DNA of 63,151 nt, filler included, from Bigelowiella natans CCMP2755 (lineage: Eukaryota > Protista > Cercozoa), in the NCBI GenBank assembly GCA_000320545.1. It is 9 parts of 9 records of this genome, joined end to end, with 100 filler letters (N's around TTAATTAATTAA, not from the genome) between each part and the next. Parts side by side here need not be neighbours in the genome. Positions count along the whole stretch, not along the records: positions 24,507 to 40,211 come from ADNK01001445.1; 8 more parts are not named here. The stretch is one strand, 5' to 3'. Each line of letters begins with the position of its first letter. Position 1 is the stretch's first letter. This document shows positions 25,101 through 38,411 of this stretch, piece after piece. A program made the translations under genes and the position numbers. The notes under the pieces are model-generated. The model was given only the letters and a program-made list of their open reading frames with translations, made no database searches and was not told where the DNA came from.

Positions 25101-26834
25101 CAGCCATAGAATAGAGACTACCACCTTATTCTGTCCTAGATATATAGAAATACACGTAGCCATACTGCATCACCCGACAGTTGGTCATCGTCGTTTACAT
25201 TGTTACAGCACATTAACCATATCATTATTACTTTTCTTGAAAGCTCACAACAAAGCAAGCGAAGCGTACAACGCCAGCAGCGCACGACTTGTGCACGCAA
25301 TTATCAAGGAGGTATTTTTGAAAAATGCCAACCTTCCTGCAACTTTCGACTGCTTACATGCACTATGTGGGTTGAAAATACTATTGCATTCGAAAAAGAG
25401 AACATGAATGGCCGCGCGGCTGCCCTCTTTTATTAGGAAGCAAATCATAACAGATAATAGTAGACACTGCTACTTACACATGTTGGCGTATGTGTGACAT
25501 GCCGAGTGTGTCTACACTACAACTGTGCAGAATGCCAATCACTTCATGTCATGGTGATGAGGCATCAATGCGCACATCACAATTCCAAAATTGCTATGTG
25601 CGACGTGCAAGTTGGTTCACACATCGTCAGTGACGGAGCGCCCCAACTACTAGCAAATGTGGACGCACGCATAGCTAATGAAACACAAAGCACCCAATGA
25701 AACGACGCATGATGGCACGCACCAGCGCTAGAACGCCTACTAGCCTGTGCGTTTCCCAACTTGTGCGAGGTTGGCGATGAAACGTGTGCAATGCATGCAT
25801 ATACGTACTGAGACCTAGAGAACTAGCTAGAAATGGCAACCAATCTAAGTGCGGCACGACATCTAGCTAGCTAGATCGCTGTGCGTCTGCCACCCGTTCG
25901 ACTTGCTCCGTTTCAAGCACAAGCTCGATCAGGAAAGTGGAAGAGGGTAACTTTGCACGGCGCTGCGTTGTTTTGCACAAACTTTGTTGGATGATGTGCG
26001 TGCACCACAATGACATGTGCATTTCGTGTCGCGGATCGCGACTTGGCACTCCTGAACGGAAATGCATCCTCATGGTTGGCACGTTGACCGAGGAGGGCTA
26101 CAGGGTGGTGCCAGGTGGATGAGTGCGTTCACATCCAATGATCCTTTCAGGCCCACCAATGAAACTACTCCACACACACTCATTCATTCATTTCGACTGC
26201 ACCATGCTGACATTGGCTGAAGGTGTGCACGGTGGCGGCGGACAACGTTGCACTTCTTTGTTTCCATTTTGCGCGTGCCTCGTGCGTCCAGCTGCTGTGG
26301 ACGTGACTCATGCATTTGAAAGCATTCCCATCCAGTCACAAGCCACAATGGATGCATGCTAGCATGCTGCATCTGACAGCTTGCAAAAATAATAGACACA
26401 GAAAATTCATCATGCTGTGTTGTGTCCATTGCACCATGTCCATCATTTGTGACAACAAAAACAATTTGAGAGCAATTCTGTCAATGTTGATCATTGTTTC
26501 CTGCACAAATGACAATGTGTCTGCTGAGTGCTTGACGGCAAACAGGCCGCAGCTTGCATCATGAAACCAACTTGATGTCATCATGAACATTGAAATGATG
26601 AAACGAAACGGCTGACTGCAGCTGAAAAGAAACACGGGCCGCTACGAACACTGCGCGACATGAACGACAGGGCACAAATTTCATGTCTTATGTTCACATT
26701 TGCTTGCGCATGATGGGAATGTTCTTTGTGGGTCTACAAAATGGAATTACATGGTGGTCATCAACAACAACGGGCCGTATTTTCTGTCACTTTGGAGGCA
26801 TCCCACACTGAGAAATCTCTGTGAAAACTTTTGT

Positions 26835-28005
26835 CTATGTCTGCAGAAAAATGAAGATTGATATTATGACCCCTGCCAAAGCGGACACTATCAATGAAAC
26901 AATGCGCAATGATGATTGTGTGTCCAAAGTACTCATGACCGCAAGTAAAACGATAGCCAGAATGCACAAGACCAAATGACCGAAGCCAGTAAATTTGTAA
27001 AGAGTCATCTTCTTGAGCTTTTGTTTAAGATTCTCTCTGTTCATCACTCTGTTCAGATATATTCCAGGGTCGAAGGGGTCACGGAATCCAATCAATTTCT
27101 TCCTCACGTGCCCCACATCGCATCTCATCACATTGTGATAAACTGCTCTAAATTCCTTGTGGAGTTCCTCTGCTTTTACGAAGTTCGCATGGATCACGTT
27201 GTCTTCTGACACAAAATCTGTCAGTTTGTTGCACAGGTCTTGCTTGTAATCCCTTTTCACCTTATCCGTGTATATACCAGAGTGAGTAATGACCAGCAAG
27301 GTGTGTATTCTGGGATCTACGTCGAATCGCTTGAAGAGGTTTAGAAGTTTTTTTAAACTTTCTTTAGTAGACTGCAGAAAACGTTCCATCTTGTGTATGA
27401 TTATGATGCAGTTTACCCGCATTGCACCCATGTTGACTATCTCCTTGTTCAGACTCTCGAAGATCCTTTCTTCGTTCATGTCATGTGCCCCAAATCCTCG
27501 AGTATCAGTCATTGAAAACACGAATTTCTCCGGATTTTTATCCAAAGAAAACTGCTGGGATTTTGTGGTTTTCTCTTCTTTGGTCTTACTCGTCGTACCT
27601 GCACCATGCCCTTTCATCTCCTTTGTGTTACCTTTTGTCATGTATTGAACGAACGTGGTCTTCCCTACTCCGGTTGGGCCAACCACAATGAAGTTGTATT
27701 GTGTTGGGGGAGCATCCCCTTCATCCGCCACAACAAAATGTGGATCGTTGGAATAGCTTTTTTCGTCCAAATGCGGGTACGAACCTGGGACTTGCCCTGG
27801 GGGGGCTGATGCCAGAAGCTGAGGGTTTGTGTTTGCTTCCATCTCGTTTCTGCGGCTCCCCTTCAAGATGAAAGTAACGGTCTAACGTCGTACGGAGGCC
27901 TTGATTTCGAATGGACTCCTCCTCCTCCTCTCCCGGTAGGCTAGCTTCTCCCTGGTTGGTCGTAGATCTAACCGGCTTGCGATCGGCAAATTCACGAGAA
28001 TTCAT
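26835..28005 (-). CDS. AIG1/GIMAP-like (TRAFAC) P-loop GTPase with two C-terminal TM helices; start 27842, or 28005 via a short intron
   Basis: G1 GPTGVGKT, G2 TTSKT, G3 DTRG, G4 LLVITH. C-terminal hydrophobic segments are LVLCILAIVLLAVM and IVSLIVSALAGVIISIFIFL. Confidence 0.75.
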
Positions 28006-28289
28006 CTCTAAAATCAGTGGTAGTTTTCAGGGTGCGACATGAGGATGAATGAATTCTGAATGAATTCGAAGCAAAATAAGCGATGATCTATCGAGCGCAA
28101 CTGGTAATCCATAGGATCTTCTTTTCTAAGGAAGGACTTCACCGGTACGATCGCATTGTTTGTTGACCATCTTTTTAGTAGAAAGAAACATAAATAATCC
28201 CCTTCTCTGTTCGTTTTCGTAAGCAGATTTAGGATTAAGTAGTGTTCAGAGGTTGAAAGTGACGGGACGGCCCTCCCACAGTCAGCATT

Positions 28290-30456
28290 ATGGAAGCTGA
28301 GATAATCGCGTTAACATTTGCCCTCGTTGTTACGTTCGTTGCCCTCACCCTTGGATGGCAATTCATACTCGGCACGCCAGGGTACGAATCAGTGCATGTT
28401 CGAACGCATTGTGTTGTCAGCATAAATAAGTTGAAATGATGCTATTGGGTGAGGAGTGAACGAAAGAATGGGAAAAATTAAAATGATTATTTAAACATCT
28501 GAACATTACAGCACAGAAGAGCACGTACTCGGACTTTGCTATGAACAAGGGGAGGGCGTTGAGAAGGACTTGAAGGAGGCCGTGTGGTGGTATCGCAAGG
28601 CCGCCGAGAAAGGCCTCGCTAAGTCTCAGTACCAACTCGGTGATTGCTACGACAAAGGAAACGGCGTGGAGAAGGACTTGAAGGAGGCCGTAAGATGGTA
28701 TCACAAGGCCGCCGAGCAAGGCCACTCTGCGGCTCAGCACCAACTCGGTTATTGCTACAAACATGGAAAGGGCGTCGAGAAGGACTTGAAGGAGGCCGTG
28801 AAGTGGTATCTCAAGGCCGTAAAGTGGTATCGCAAGGCCGCCGAGCAAGGCTGCGCTGCGGCCCAGAACAACCTCGGTGATTACTACGAACATGGAAAGG
28901 GTGTCAAGAAGGACTTGAAAGAGGCCGTGAAGTGGTATCGCAAGGCCGCCGAGCAGGGCGATGCTGAAGCCCAGAACAATCTCGGTCATTGCTACTATGT
29001 AGGAGAAGGCGTCGAGGAGGACTTGAAAGAGGCTGTGAAATGGCATCGCAAGGCCGCCGAGCAAGGCCACGCTGAAGCCCAGAACAATCTCGGTCATTGT
29101 TACCACGTAGGAGAAGGCGTCGAGAAGGACTTGAAAGAGGCCGTTAAGTGGTATCGCAAGGCCGCCGAGCAAGGCCACGCTGAAGCACAGAACAATCTCG
29201 GTCATTGCTACGAACATGGAAAGGGCGTCGAGAAGGACTTGAAAGAGGCCGTTAAGTGGTATCGCAAGGCCGCCGAGCAGGGCGATGCTGAAGCCCAGAA
29301 CAATCTCGGTCATTGCTACTATGTAGGAGAAGGCGTCGAGGAGGACTTGAAAGAGGCTGTGAAATGGCATCGCAAGGCCGCCGAGCAAGGTCACGCTGAA
29401 GCCCAGAACAATCTCGGTCATTGCTACTATGTAGGAGAAGGCGTCGAGGAGGACTTGAAAGAGGCTGTGAAATGGCATCGCAAGGCCGCCGAGCAAGGCC
29501 ACGCTGAAGCCCAGAACAATCTCGGTCATTGTTACCACGTAGGAGAAGGCGTCGAGAAGGACTTGAAAGAGGCCGTTAAGTGGTATCGCAAGGCCGCCGA
29601 GCAAGGCCACGCTGAAGCACAGAACAATCTCGGTCATTGCTACGAACATGGAAAGGGCGTCGAGAAGGACTTGAAAGAGGCCGTTAAGTGGTATCGCAAG
29701 GCCGCCGAGCAGGGCGACGCTGAAGCCCAGAACAATCTTGGTTGTCGCTATTATGTAGGAAAAGGCGTCGAGGGGGACTGGAAAGAAGCCGTGAAGTGGT
29801 ATCGCAAGGCCGCCGAGCAAGGCCACGCTGCGTCTCAGATTGAACTCGGTTGGTGCTACAAATATGGAGAGGGCGTCGAGAAGGACTTGAAAGAGGCCGT
29901 TAAGTGGTATCGCGAGGCCGCCGAGCAGGGCAACGCTGAAGCCCAGCACAATCTCGGTGCTTGCTACGAACATGGAAACGGCGTCGAGAAGGACTGGAAG
30001 GAGGCCGTGAAGTGGTATCGCAAAGCCGCCGATCAAGGCCACGTTGAAGCCCAGAACAATCTCGGTTGGTGCTACAAATATGGAAACGGCGTCGAGGAGG
30101 ACTTGAAAGAGGCCGCAAAGTGGTATCGAAAGGCTGCCGAGCAAGGCCATGCTGCGTCTCAGACTGAACTCGGTTGGTGCTACAAACATGGAAAGGGCGT
30201 CGAGAAGGACTTGAAAGAGGCCGCCAAGTGGTATCGAGAGGCCGCCGAGTGGTATCGCGAGAACGCCGAGCGGGGCTGCGCTGAAGCCCAGAACAATCTC
30301 GGTGATTGCTACAGACATGGAAGGGGCGTGGAGAAGGACTGGAAGGAGGCCGTGAAGTGGTATCGCAAAGCCGCCGATCAAGGCCACGTCACCGCTCAGA
30401 AAAATCTCATATGTCGCAAAAGCAGGGTATTCTTAGTAGCTTGTGTGTCGCGCTAA
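28290..30456 (+). CDS. N-terminally membrane-anchored Sel1-repeat protein (about 17 repeats)
   Basis: Exon 1 (28290-28381, MEAEIIALTFALVVTFVALTLGWQFILGTPG) splices in frame through a GT-AG intron at 28382-28511 to 36-aa repeats AQNNLGxCYxxGxGVEKDLKEAVKWYRKAAEQG. Confidence 0.9.
28530..30408 (+). repeat. 108-bp coding tandem array with higher-order structure
   Basis: Unit starts at 28951, 29059, 29167, 29275, 29383, 29491, 29599 and 29707. Confidence 0.95.
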
Positions 30457-32031
30457 ATTTTGCTTCTTCAAGTTTCTCAACGTAATTCCTTTCCTCATTG
30501 CACAGGCGACACAAACCACGATGCGCTGGTGAATCAATTGTGCAGAGTCTCTGTTCCATTTCAGAGATATCGGCATGATCGCGACGCACTGGAGTATTTT
30601 TTGTCGATTTACTCGTTGTTTTTGGCGTCAGTCTTCTTTCAGTTTTTGTCCTGTTAGATGTCGATGATTGCCTCTAGACTTGACACTTGCCCTTGTTGTC
30701 GCAGTCTGTTTCGTGCTCATGCATGTTCTTTGATCTTTGCAAATTGGACCATGGATTCTGGCGAATGTGAGCAAATGAGATGGTAACTGTGGAGACTCAG
30801 TGAAGATGTTTCGAGCCACGACAGCTTGTCATGTGGCAGCCATGCTTCAATGCAAGCGGTGCACTTGCTGCGACTAAAGACCAGATTGCAATGGACATGC
30901 AATGCCATGTGCACAGTGCACATGCCATTACTGTGTCTACTGATGATGGACATGCAACACCACACACACAGCATGTGTGCTGTTACTGTGTCTGCAATCA
31001 TTGCTTGCATTGGCTATAATGGACACAGCAATACATGCTAGCATGGCTTCACACATGTGCACAATGGAAATCGAACCAAGTCAATTTCAACTAGTTTCTC
31101 TGGTTCTAACGATTGTGCTTGACGCTTGTCCTTCATCCTTGGCGCTTGCGCTTTGCACACTGCTGCGTGCTTGCTCACGTGGCGCTGCGATGCAGCCTTC
31201 CGCTCGAACGCGACAAGTCTCGCACGGCGAACCAACAAACAAAAAGCAGCATGCACGTGCGAGCACACGTGTCAGACGTGCCAGCAGCACGACGCTCAAC
31301 GTGGGATGACAGACATGGCAAAATGAAAAGCGGACAGCTTTTCATTCAAGTGACATGAATGGTGTGAGATGTGTGCACAGCTTCTTTTTCATGCACGATG
31401 TGTTTGCGCACTATAGCAAGAGCATCTGCACTGGTCCAGACCTCTGAATCGATGTGCGTGATGACTTCGTTTGGCAATGAAATTTTCAGCACAGTGCACA
31501 ATGTTCAATCAACGCAAATCACGAACGCACTGTTGATTTTGTGCCCGTGCAAGCACCGCGCACGAGGTGACGTGGCAAAAACGAATCGAAGCAAGACTCG
31601 ATGCAGTGCGATGACTAGATGATCTCGCTAGCTCGGTGTGCGCTAAAGAATGAGTGTGATCATTGCACTCACACAGTTTCTTTCTCACTTGCTTTTCATG
31701 GAATGCTGGCATCGACGAACGTGAAAACACCATTGTAAACACGAACCTAAACCATCACACATGCACACGATGCGTTCTCTGTGCAGGCTCATTTAGTGGC
31801 AGCAATGGCGCATATGTCCATGTACAGGACACCATGGCGTACTGACATGCTACAGCGCTAAATGCCGCATGCCGTGAACAAATCGTCACGTTGGGAGTAA
31901 CCTAGTAGTGTCATCAATAACATTGCCAGGTGCGCATAATGTGACAACGATGACAATACACATGTCACCACTCGATCCTAAAGTTAATAATAATGATATA
32001 TTCATGCATATATCTAGATATAGCGTGTATC

Positions 32032-32073
<42 letters not shown>

Positions 32074-32220
32074 ATGAGATTTGATTCGATCGCTTCATAG
32101 AATTGCCGTGTAATTAAACTTGTCTTGCTTGGTTGCTTTCGCATCCGTCCATTCCTCGCTGATCCTAATTGAGGGTTCGTCGTGCATCGCTAGTCTTCAT
32201 CATTGCTATACTTGCAGCCA

Positions 32221-32473
32221 TCAGAGAGGCTTTAAGTAGCGGTCCACAGTTTGCTTCTGAAGGAGTGCAGCACACAACGGATCGGGTCGAAATAACACAT
32301 GCGTGCGTGCATTCGTATGCGCCGGAATGATGAATGATTAAGCATGCATAGCTGCAATATGTCTCGCACGGACGCGTGTGCTGAAAGCACCCGTTGACGT
32401 ATATTGCTCTTTTTCTCCTCCCGTCCCCGTTCCCTCTCCCATTCTCTCTCTTCTCTCTCTTTGTACGAAAACA

Positions 32474-32509
<36 letters not shown>

Positions 32510-34655
32510 TGCGCGTTGAGTTAAAACACACGGAAGATTAGAGATACACTTTCTCGGAAGAGAATGTAATGCGACCGAGACGCCAGCAACACATCTTCTA
32601 CGGTTGGACGACAACGACACGAACAACAGTCACCTCGCTTCCGTTTGGCCGCACGATCGTGTAGTACATCTCGTCCGGATCATCGAAGTGCGGCGCCGCA
32701 ATCCGCACGGTCTGCACCCGTCACGAAGTAGGGGAAGGGAGGGACAAAGAGAAATCAGGGAAAGGGGAGAGGGGGGGCGGAGGGCGCTGGATGGACGTAT
32801 GTATGTTTAGTGATGGTCATGGGTCGAAAGCATTAGCTCTCCCCCCCCCCGCTCCTACCTCGTTTGACTTGATATACCAAACCCGCTCGCCCTTCTTGTA
32901 ATGGGGCCGCGCAGATTTTGAAGAAGGTTTCGGCGAAGGCGACGACGACGAGGAGATCCTGCTTGGTGCCGAGGAGTGATGATGATGATGGCCAACGTTC
33001 CCTGGCGCCGTTCGATGCACCCCCCCCCCCCTCTTAGCATCGCCTCTGCCGCGATTGCTGTTGAGGACATTGCTTGTGTAAGAAGAGCTATTGGTGTTGG
33101 CGCTGCTGCCCCCCCCCGTTGTTTCAATCAGATCTGCGAAAGGGTCAGGGCCGGCATCGTCGTTCGGCCGATTCATTCCACCCCCAAACGACATCGGTCG
33201 TTGCGATGTTGTTGATGGCTGCTGCTGCTGCTGCTGGATCTGCTGCTGCACACTTCTTCCTGGCCCCCCCTTTCTTCCTCCTCCTTCTGCTGCCTGCGCC
33301 GTCACTGCTGCTATGGACGAAAATGCTGCCGATGCCGACCTGTAAGCAAAGAGAACATGCTATCTTTCTGTCTTCCGGTTCTACAAAACAACTACTACGA
33401 ATGATATACGACTGATATATGTCTACTTCTTTTTTTTTTTCAAGTAATACTCTTTGGTGAAGGCGAGGATCGGAAAGTGCTTTTCAAGACCCGAAAACGA
33501 CGGGGGTGGTACCTGAAAATGCGATGAGCAGCAGCAAGCAGCAGCAGCAGCAGAAAGGCAGCAGCAGAGACTGGTTGAGCGACGACTACGAGAACGATGG
33601 ATGACGATGATGATGATTAAAGCTCGGGTTGCGAAGATGCGACGCAATCGATGACAGCATGCAATGGCCTCCTTCCACTGCTGCTCCGCACCACGACTGC
33701 TACCAACATTTACAACAACATCAAGGACAACAATTCTGTCTGTCTGGCCCGCCGCCAACCGCTGCTACACATCATTCACTACCAAAACTTTCGGGTCGCC
33801 CATCGTCTTCCCTGACGCTGGGTATCCCTTCTGCGACAGTGCGAGCAGGCGAAGTGCCCTGAGGAACCAAGGGCGTTATATGATGACGGAATGGTGGGGA
33901 CGATGGTGGGGGGTAGAGAAAATGATGAACTCGTTTCTATCTCTGCTGTGTGATGACATCGACGACGAGAATGGGGCATGCTGTGGAACTGCAGATGTGA
34001 CTCCGCAAATCCATCGACTCTGCTACCTGTAGAAGTCGTTCTCCAGCAGCGCCGCCTGAGTGCGGGACACGTTGGCAATGTTCCATATCTCCTGATAGAA
34101 TGTGGTGATGGTGGCGAGGAGGAGGAGGCTTAGCAGCGGCGCCGTGATGAACGATAACGAGGACGATAATGAGGACGATGGGAACGGCGCTCTCGCATTC
34201 TCTTTTTCCATCCACACCCTCAGAAATGCGCATGTGTTGTTGGTGTGTTGCTGTGGTCTCGTACCGCTAAGCGCTGGACCTCCACGGCAGGATCCGCACA
34301 TTCTGAAGGGGAGGGGGGGGGTGGACGGGGTGGGGAGGAAAATAAAATAAGTATAGATCCTATCATTGTCATGAATTGAGATCTTCAGCATCGCTTTCAT
34401 GGTACTTATTATCCCCCTCCTCTTCTTCTACTCGGCACGAGCAGACAACAACAACAACAACAACAACAACAAACAAAAGCACGCTTCGACTACGAAATAG
34501 GGTCTTGACAGTCGCCGCCCCCACCCGGCCGCCCTGTTTGACACAAGTATGTATAATAATAGCGAGGAGACGCCGTGGATTTAAATGGTTGCACGCGTAA
34601 TGCACGCAACACACACACACGACACACACAAATATATGAAGAGGATCTACATTAA

Positions 34656-34694
<39 letters not shown>

Positions 34695-34878
34695 GATGCT
34701 GGTACCTTCTGAAGTTGATGAAAATAGTTTGTGTACGTCTTACAGCAGAAGTTGTTCAACCCGCCGATGCCGTGGAACGATGAAGGCGTTGAGGACGACG
34801 ACGAAGACGACGACGACGACGATGGCTGCTGTAGAAACACCACGAGTATATGTATATAGTATCAACACTCCCACACAA

Positions 34879-34941
<63 letters not shown>

Positions 34942-34957
34942 CATATATATAATATAC

Positions 34958-35005
<48 letters not shown>

Positions 35006-35472
35006 ATAACACCTTGGCCTTTGCATAGCTTGACGAGAAAACGGCGACGACGTCGTTGCAGATGCGCCACGTGACGGCGTTGTTGGGGAACTAGATGGCG
35101 CGTTTGTCGACACAGCTGATACCGAGACGGTGGGGCGTCTCTGCCCCTGCTTGGTGCTCATCATGCGGCTGTGGCCTAGGTTCTGGAAGGTGGGGAGGCG
35201 ACTTGGAAATCTGAAGTGCAAAGAACAACGTTCTTTTCCATCACGCGTGGACGGCAGATCAACTCGAAAATATGGAATGGCCGCCAGCACCAGAAAAAAA
35301 ATTATTTTGTGATATTATTAACTCTGGCCGGGGGGGGGAGGGAGGAGGGAGCTACATCTTCCACCTACCGTGCAAGAACGTTCATAGAGGGATACACTCC
35401 CTGTTGTGCGGCTGCGACTAATCGGAGCGCCCTGAAAGAAGGGGTGGTGGGCAAAGGGCGAAGCGGGGGGAG

Positions 35473-35520
<48 letters not shown>

Positions 35521-36461
35521 AGAATCGACCTAAATAATATGGCATCGATGATGAAAATTTCACCCCTCCCTCCTCCTCAGAAGTTCCCTCGCGAGCAGAG
35601 GGGATGTAAACTCCGTTATGGTTAGGGCTACCGAAAGAAATCGTCGCGCGTCAGCGCACCATTCGTCTTCGACTTCGTGAGTTCACGGGTGAGGGGGAGG
35701 GGGGGAAGGAAGAGGAGGAAGGAGGAGGTCCCGATTATTTATGAGTTAGAGTTTCGTGTTCCAGCTCAGCAAGAGTCGCGGAGATCACGGGGTAGGAAGC
35801 TAGTTCGAAAAGAGGGAGGGGAGAAGACATGTCCACTGCCCCCCCCCCTCCCCAGAACTCTTACTTTCGTCATGAATAAACACTACCTGGTTGGCGACAT
35901 TCCAGACGACTGCAAGCACCTTCTTCTCAAGTTCAGGCCTGAGCATACAGAGGCCAAACAACAGTACTCACCGCCGCGCAGACGCACTTACGAATACGCA
36001 CACGTGCGGAACTTCTTCACGTCGCAAACGGAAGGGGTGTGGCTACTGAAAAGGAAGTCAACGAGAGCGTTTTACATGATCGCGTGAATACCGTGCGCTG
36101 AGGAGGAACTTCTTCACGTTCAGAGCTGATACGAGGCCAGAGTGCTGTCGAGTACATCATCCTCAGGAGAGTACGACGATGGGATGAATTACGAACATAC
36201 AGAAGATAGATGGAGTAGCAGTAGAGGCAGTAGTAGCAGCAGCAGCCAGTAAGCGAATATCGAGCGACGATAATTAATTGGAAGCGAGAAGGGAAAATAC
36301 GAGAAGCTGCTGCGGCAGCAAAGGGGGCTAGATCGTTACACAACGCCTCTCAGCATCAACATTGCTCCCTCGACCTGGTTAGGACCCGCATGCGCGTAGA
36401 GGCGCGGAAATAAGGCCTCCTCATTGCTGGACAGCTTCAGGGGAGGGGGCTGGAACGTCAT
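32221..36461 (-). CDS. Two-EH-domain (Eps15 homology) protein with DPF motif and C-terminal Tudor/SH3-like domain
   Basis: Spliced EH1: EEALFPRLYAHAGPNQHSGLVSALNVKKFLLSARPELEKKVLAVVWNVANQSKTNGALTRDDFFRALRLVAAAQQG. EH2: EIWNIANVSRTQAALLENDFYRALRLLALSQKG. PDPFADL motif; ends KQTVDRYLKPL*. Confidence 0.75.
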
Positions 36462-36660
36462 GCCGAGCAGAGCGGTTGGACAGTGAGTACGACGAGAAAA
36501 TTGGCTCAGATATTTCTCGCTTGAAAAACTTCCCAAATCTCACCTCCTAAAATGTACGCAAATGATATCGGATTATTAACTGCGACAATATATATAGGAG
36601 CATAAATCCATAAACCGCGAACGGTTGGGTAGTCGCTGGTCACTGGTCACCGTCGGAAAA

Positions 36661-37670
36661 ATGGCTTCCTCGAGGCTGCTCAGGTCGATATCGCAGGCCG
36701 CCCGGTATGCCCAGGGCTGCTACGAGCAAGGCAGCGGCCTCGATGCAGTACTAGTGCGCCACAGAGAGGTCGAGCTGGCACGGCAAGGCCTGGAAAAGAT
36801 CCGAGTAGCTCGACGGGAGTCAAGTCGCCAACTCGGTCATTAATTCATACTTACCGGCGAGTGACGCTGAAGTCCCGCTGCTTCTTACTGCTGCCACTGC
36901 TGTTGCTACTGTTGTTGTTACTGTCACTAATGACTGCGGTTAAAGTTCGCCTCGTACACACACACACACACACACACAACCGATGTTTCTCTGACATTTA
37001 CATCTAATGCTCAGAGGGAGTGCGAGAGGAGGTAAACGAGGTTCGAAATCGATTGGACGGGATGCAACGCAGTGATCCCCGCTTCCCAAAGCTGGTGATG
37101 GAGGAGCACAACGCGCTGAGGAAGCTTGCCGAGCATGAGGAGAAATTCTTGTCACAAGACAGCGAGGAGCGAGACGCATTCGAGAAGCTCAGCGTCGCGG
37201 TAACCATTTCCCACATCGAGGAGCGTGCACACGCAGAGAGGACCAAATATTGGGGTGTCGCCGCTTCTCTTATTGGAACGGCGCTCGGCCTTTTCGGGTC
37301 GCTAATTCTCAGTACCCATCGCACAAACGGGTTTTCTTCAACGATGGAAGAGTACGCGAATCAAACAAGTGCCCAGCTCAGCCAGTTTCGAATGGAGGTC
37401 AGAGCCCACCTGAATAATATCGTGATGAAGGGAGAGACGATCGAGGGCACTGAGGCCAGTACGGAATCAAAAGGAGGAGCTGTGGTCACGATGGCGCCAT
37501 CGTCGGGGCATAAGGGCAATAGGGTACGGCCTCCTGAAGAGAATCAGACTGCCCAGAGAAACTTGAGTCGAATTGAAGTGATATCGACCATAGGGGCAAC
37601 TTCTGGAATACTCTCCGTCTGCATTCTCGCTGCTATGCTGTTCATCCGCCCGCCATCCTCAGCGAGATGA
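36661..37670 (+). CDS. CCDC51: CCDC51/MITOK-like mitochondrial inner-membrane coiled-coil protein (one intron, about 36835-37014)
   Basis: Mitochondrial-type leader MASSRLLRSISQAAR. EEH...EERDAFEKLSVAVTISHIEERAHAERTKYWGVAASLIGTALG matches the family motif; second TM at the C-terminus. Confidence 0.8.
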
Positions 37671-38411
37671 TGTCGTCAAAAATTTTATTTAATACACACA
37701 ACATACGCACGCACACACACACACACACAAAATTGTTGCAATGACAATGATACATCATGGATACATTGCATTGTTGGATGAGATAGCTCTACGTATCGAT
37801 AGCGCTGTGTGTGCATGTGAGTGCAGCTTTGTTTGCCATGTAAGGAGCAGCGAAGCGCAATGCGGTGCTACGCTACGCAGGCAAAACTAAGTTACATTAT
37901 GTTTCTCACGGTAGCTAGCCTCTAACCAATGCCTACATGAATTGGATTTTTCATACTACGCGCCATGTATGCAACGAACAAATAGAATATGAGCGCTGTA
38001 GCCGCCGCTCTGTGTCGTAACTACATTAGGATGAAAATTGAATAAATGTAATCATTTCATTACATCCGCCACATATTTAGATATGTGTGCACATGCATCG
38101 AGGCTTGCGCACGTACATGCCGCTAGCTAGACCTTCAGCGATGTGCGCATATGCTAGTTATTCAAATGGAGGCAATGTAATTATAACTACGTTGTAACAG
38201 CTTACTGAAGACGGTGTTGTTACAACATCTTCTCTGTTCTCATGGTGTCACAATTTGTATTCGACGAAGTCTAATGCTAAGCTGAGCTACTGAATTATCT
38301 TGCGTGGACTGGGTGCAGCATGAGGAGCATTGCATTTACTCCGTTGTTAATAAGGTAGATTGTCGTAGCTTTTCTTTCCATCATCCATTTCTAGCTTGGT
38401 ATCAGCGCAAG

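Noticed and set aside
28417-30387. 656-aa hydrophobic antisense ORF
   Set aside because: Shadow of the Sel1 tandem array; a stop-free unit repeated gives a long antisense frame.
25450-31980. GTPase/Sel1 block (and 4990-13650) as a cargo-carrying DNA transposon
   Set aside because: I found no terminal inverted repeats, target-site duplication or transposase by eye.
34585-35074. ORFs of YIYI, HTHT, ERER or poly-amino-acid runs here and throughout
   Set aside because: Translations of intronic microsatellites.
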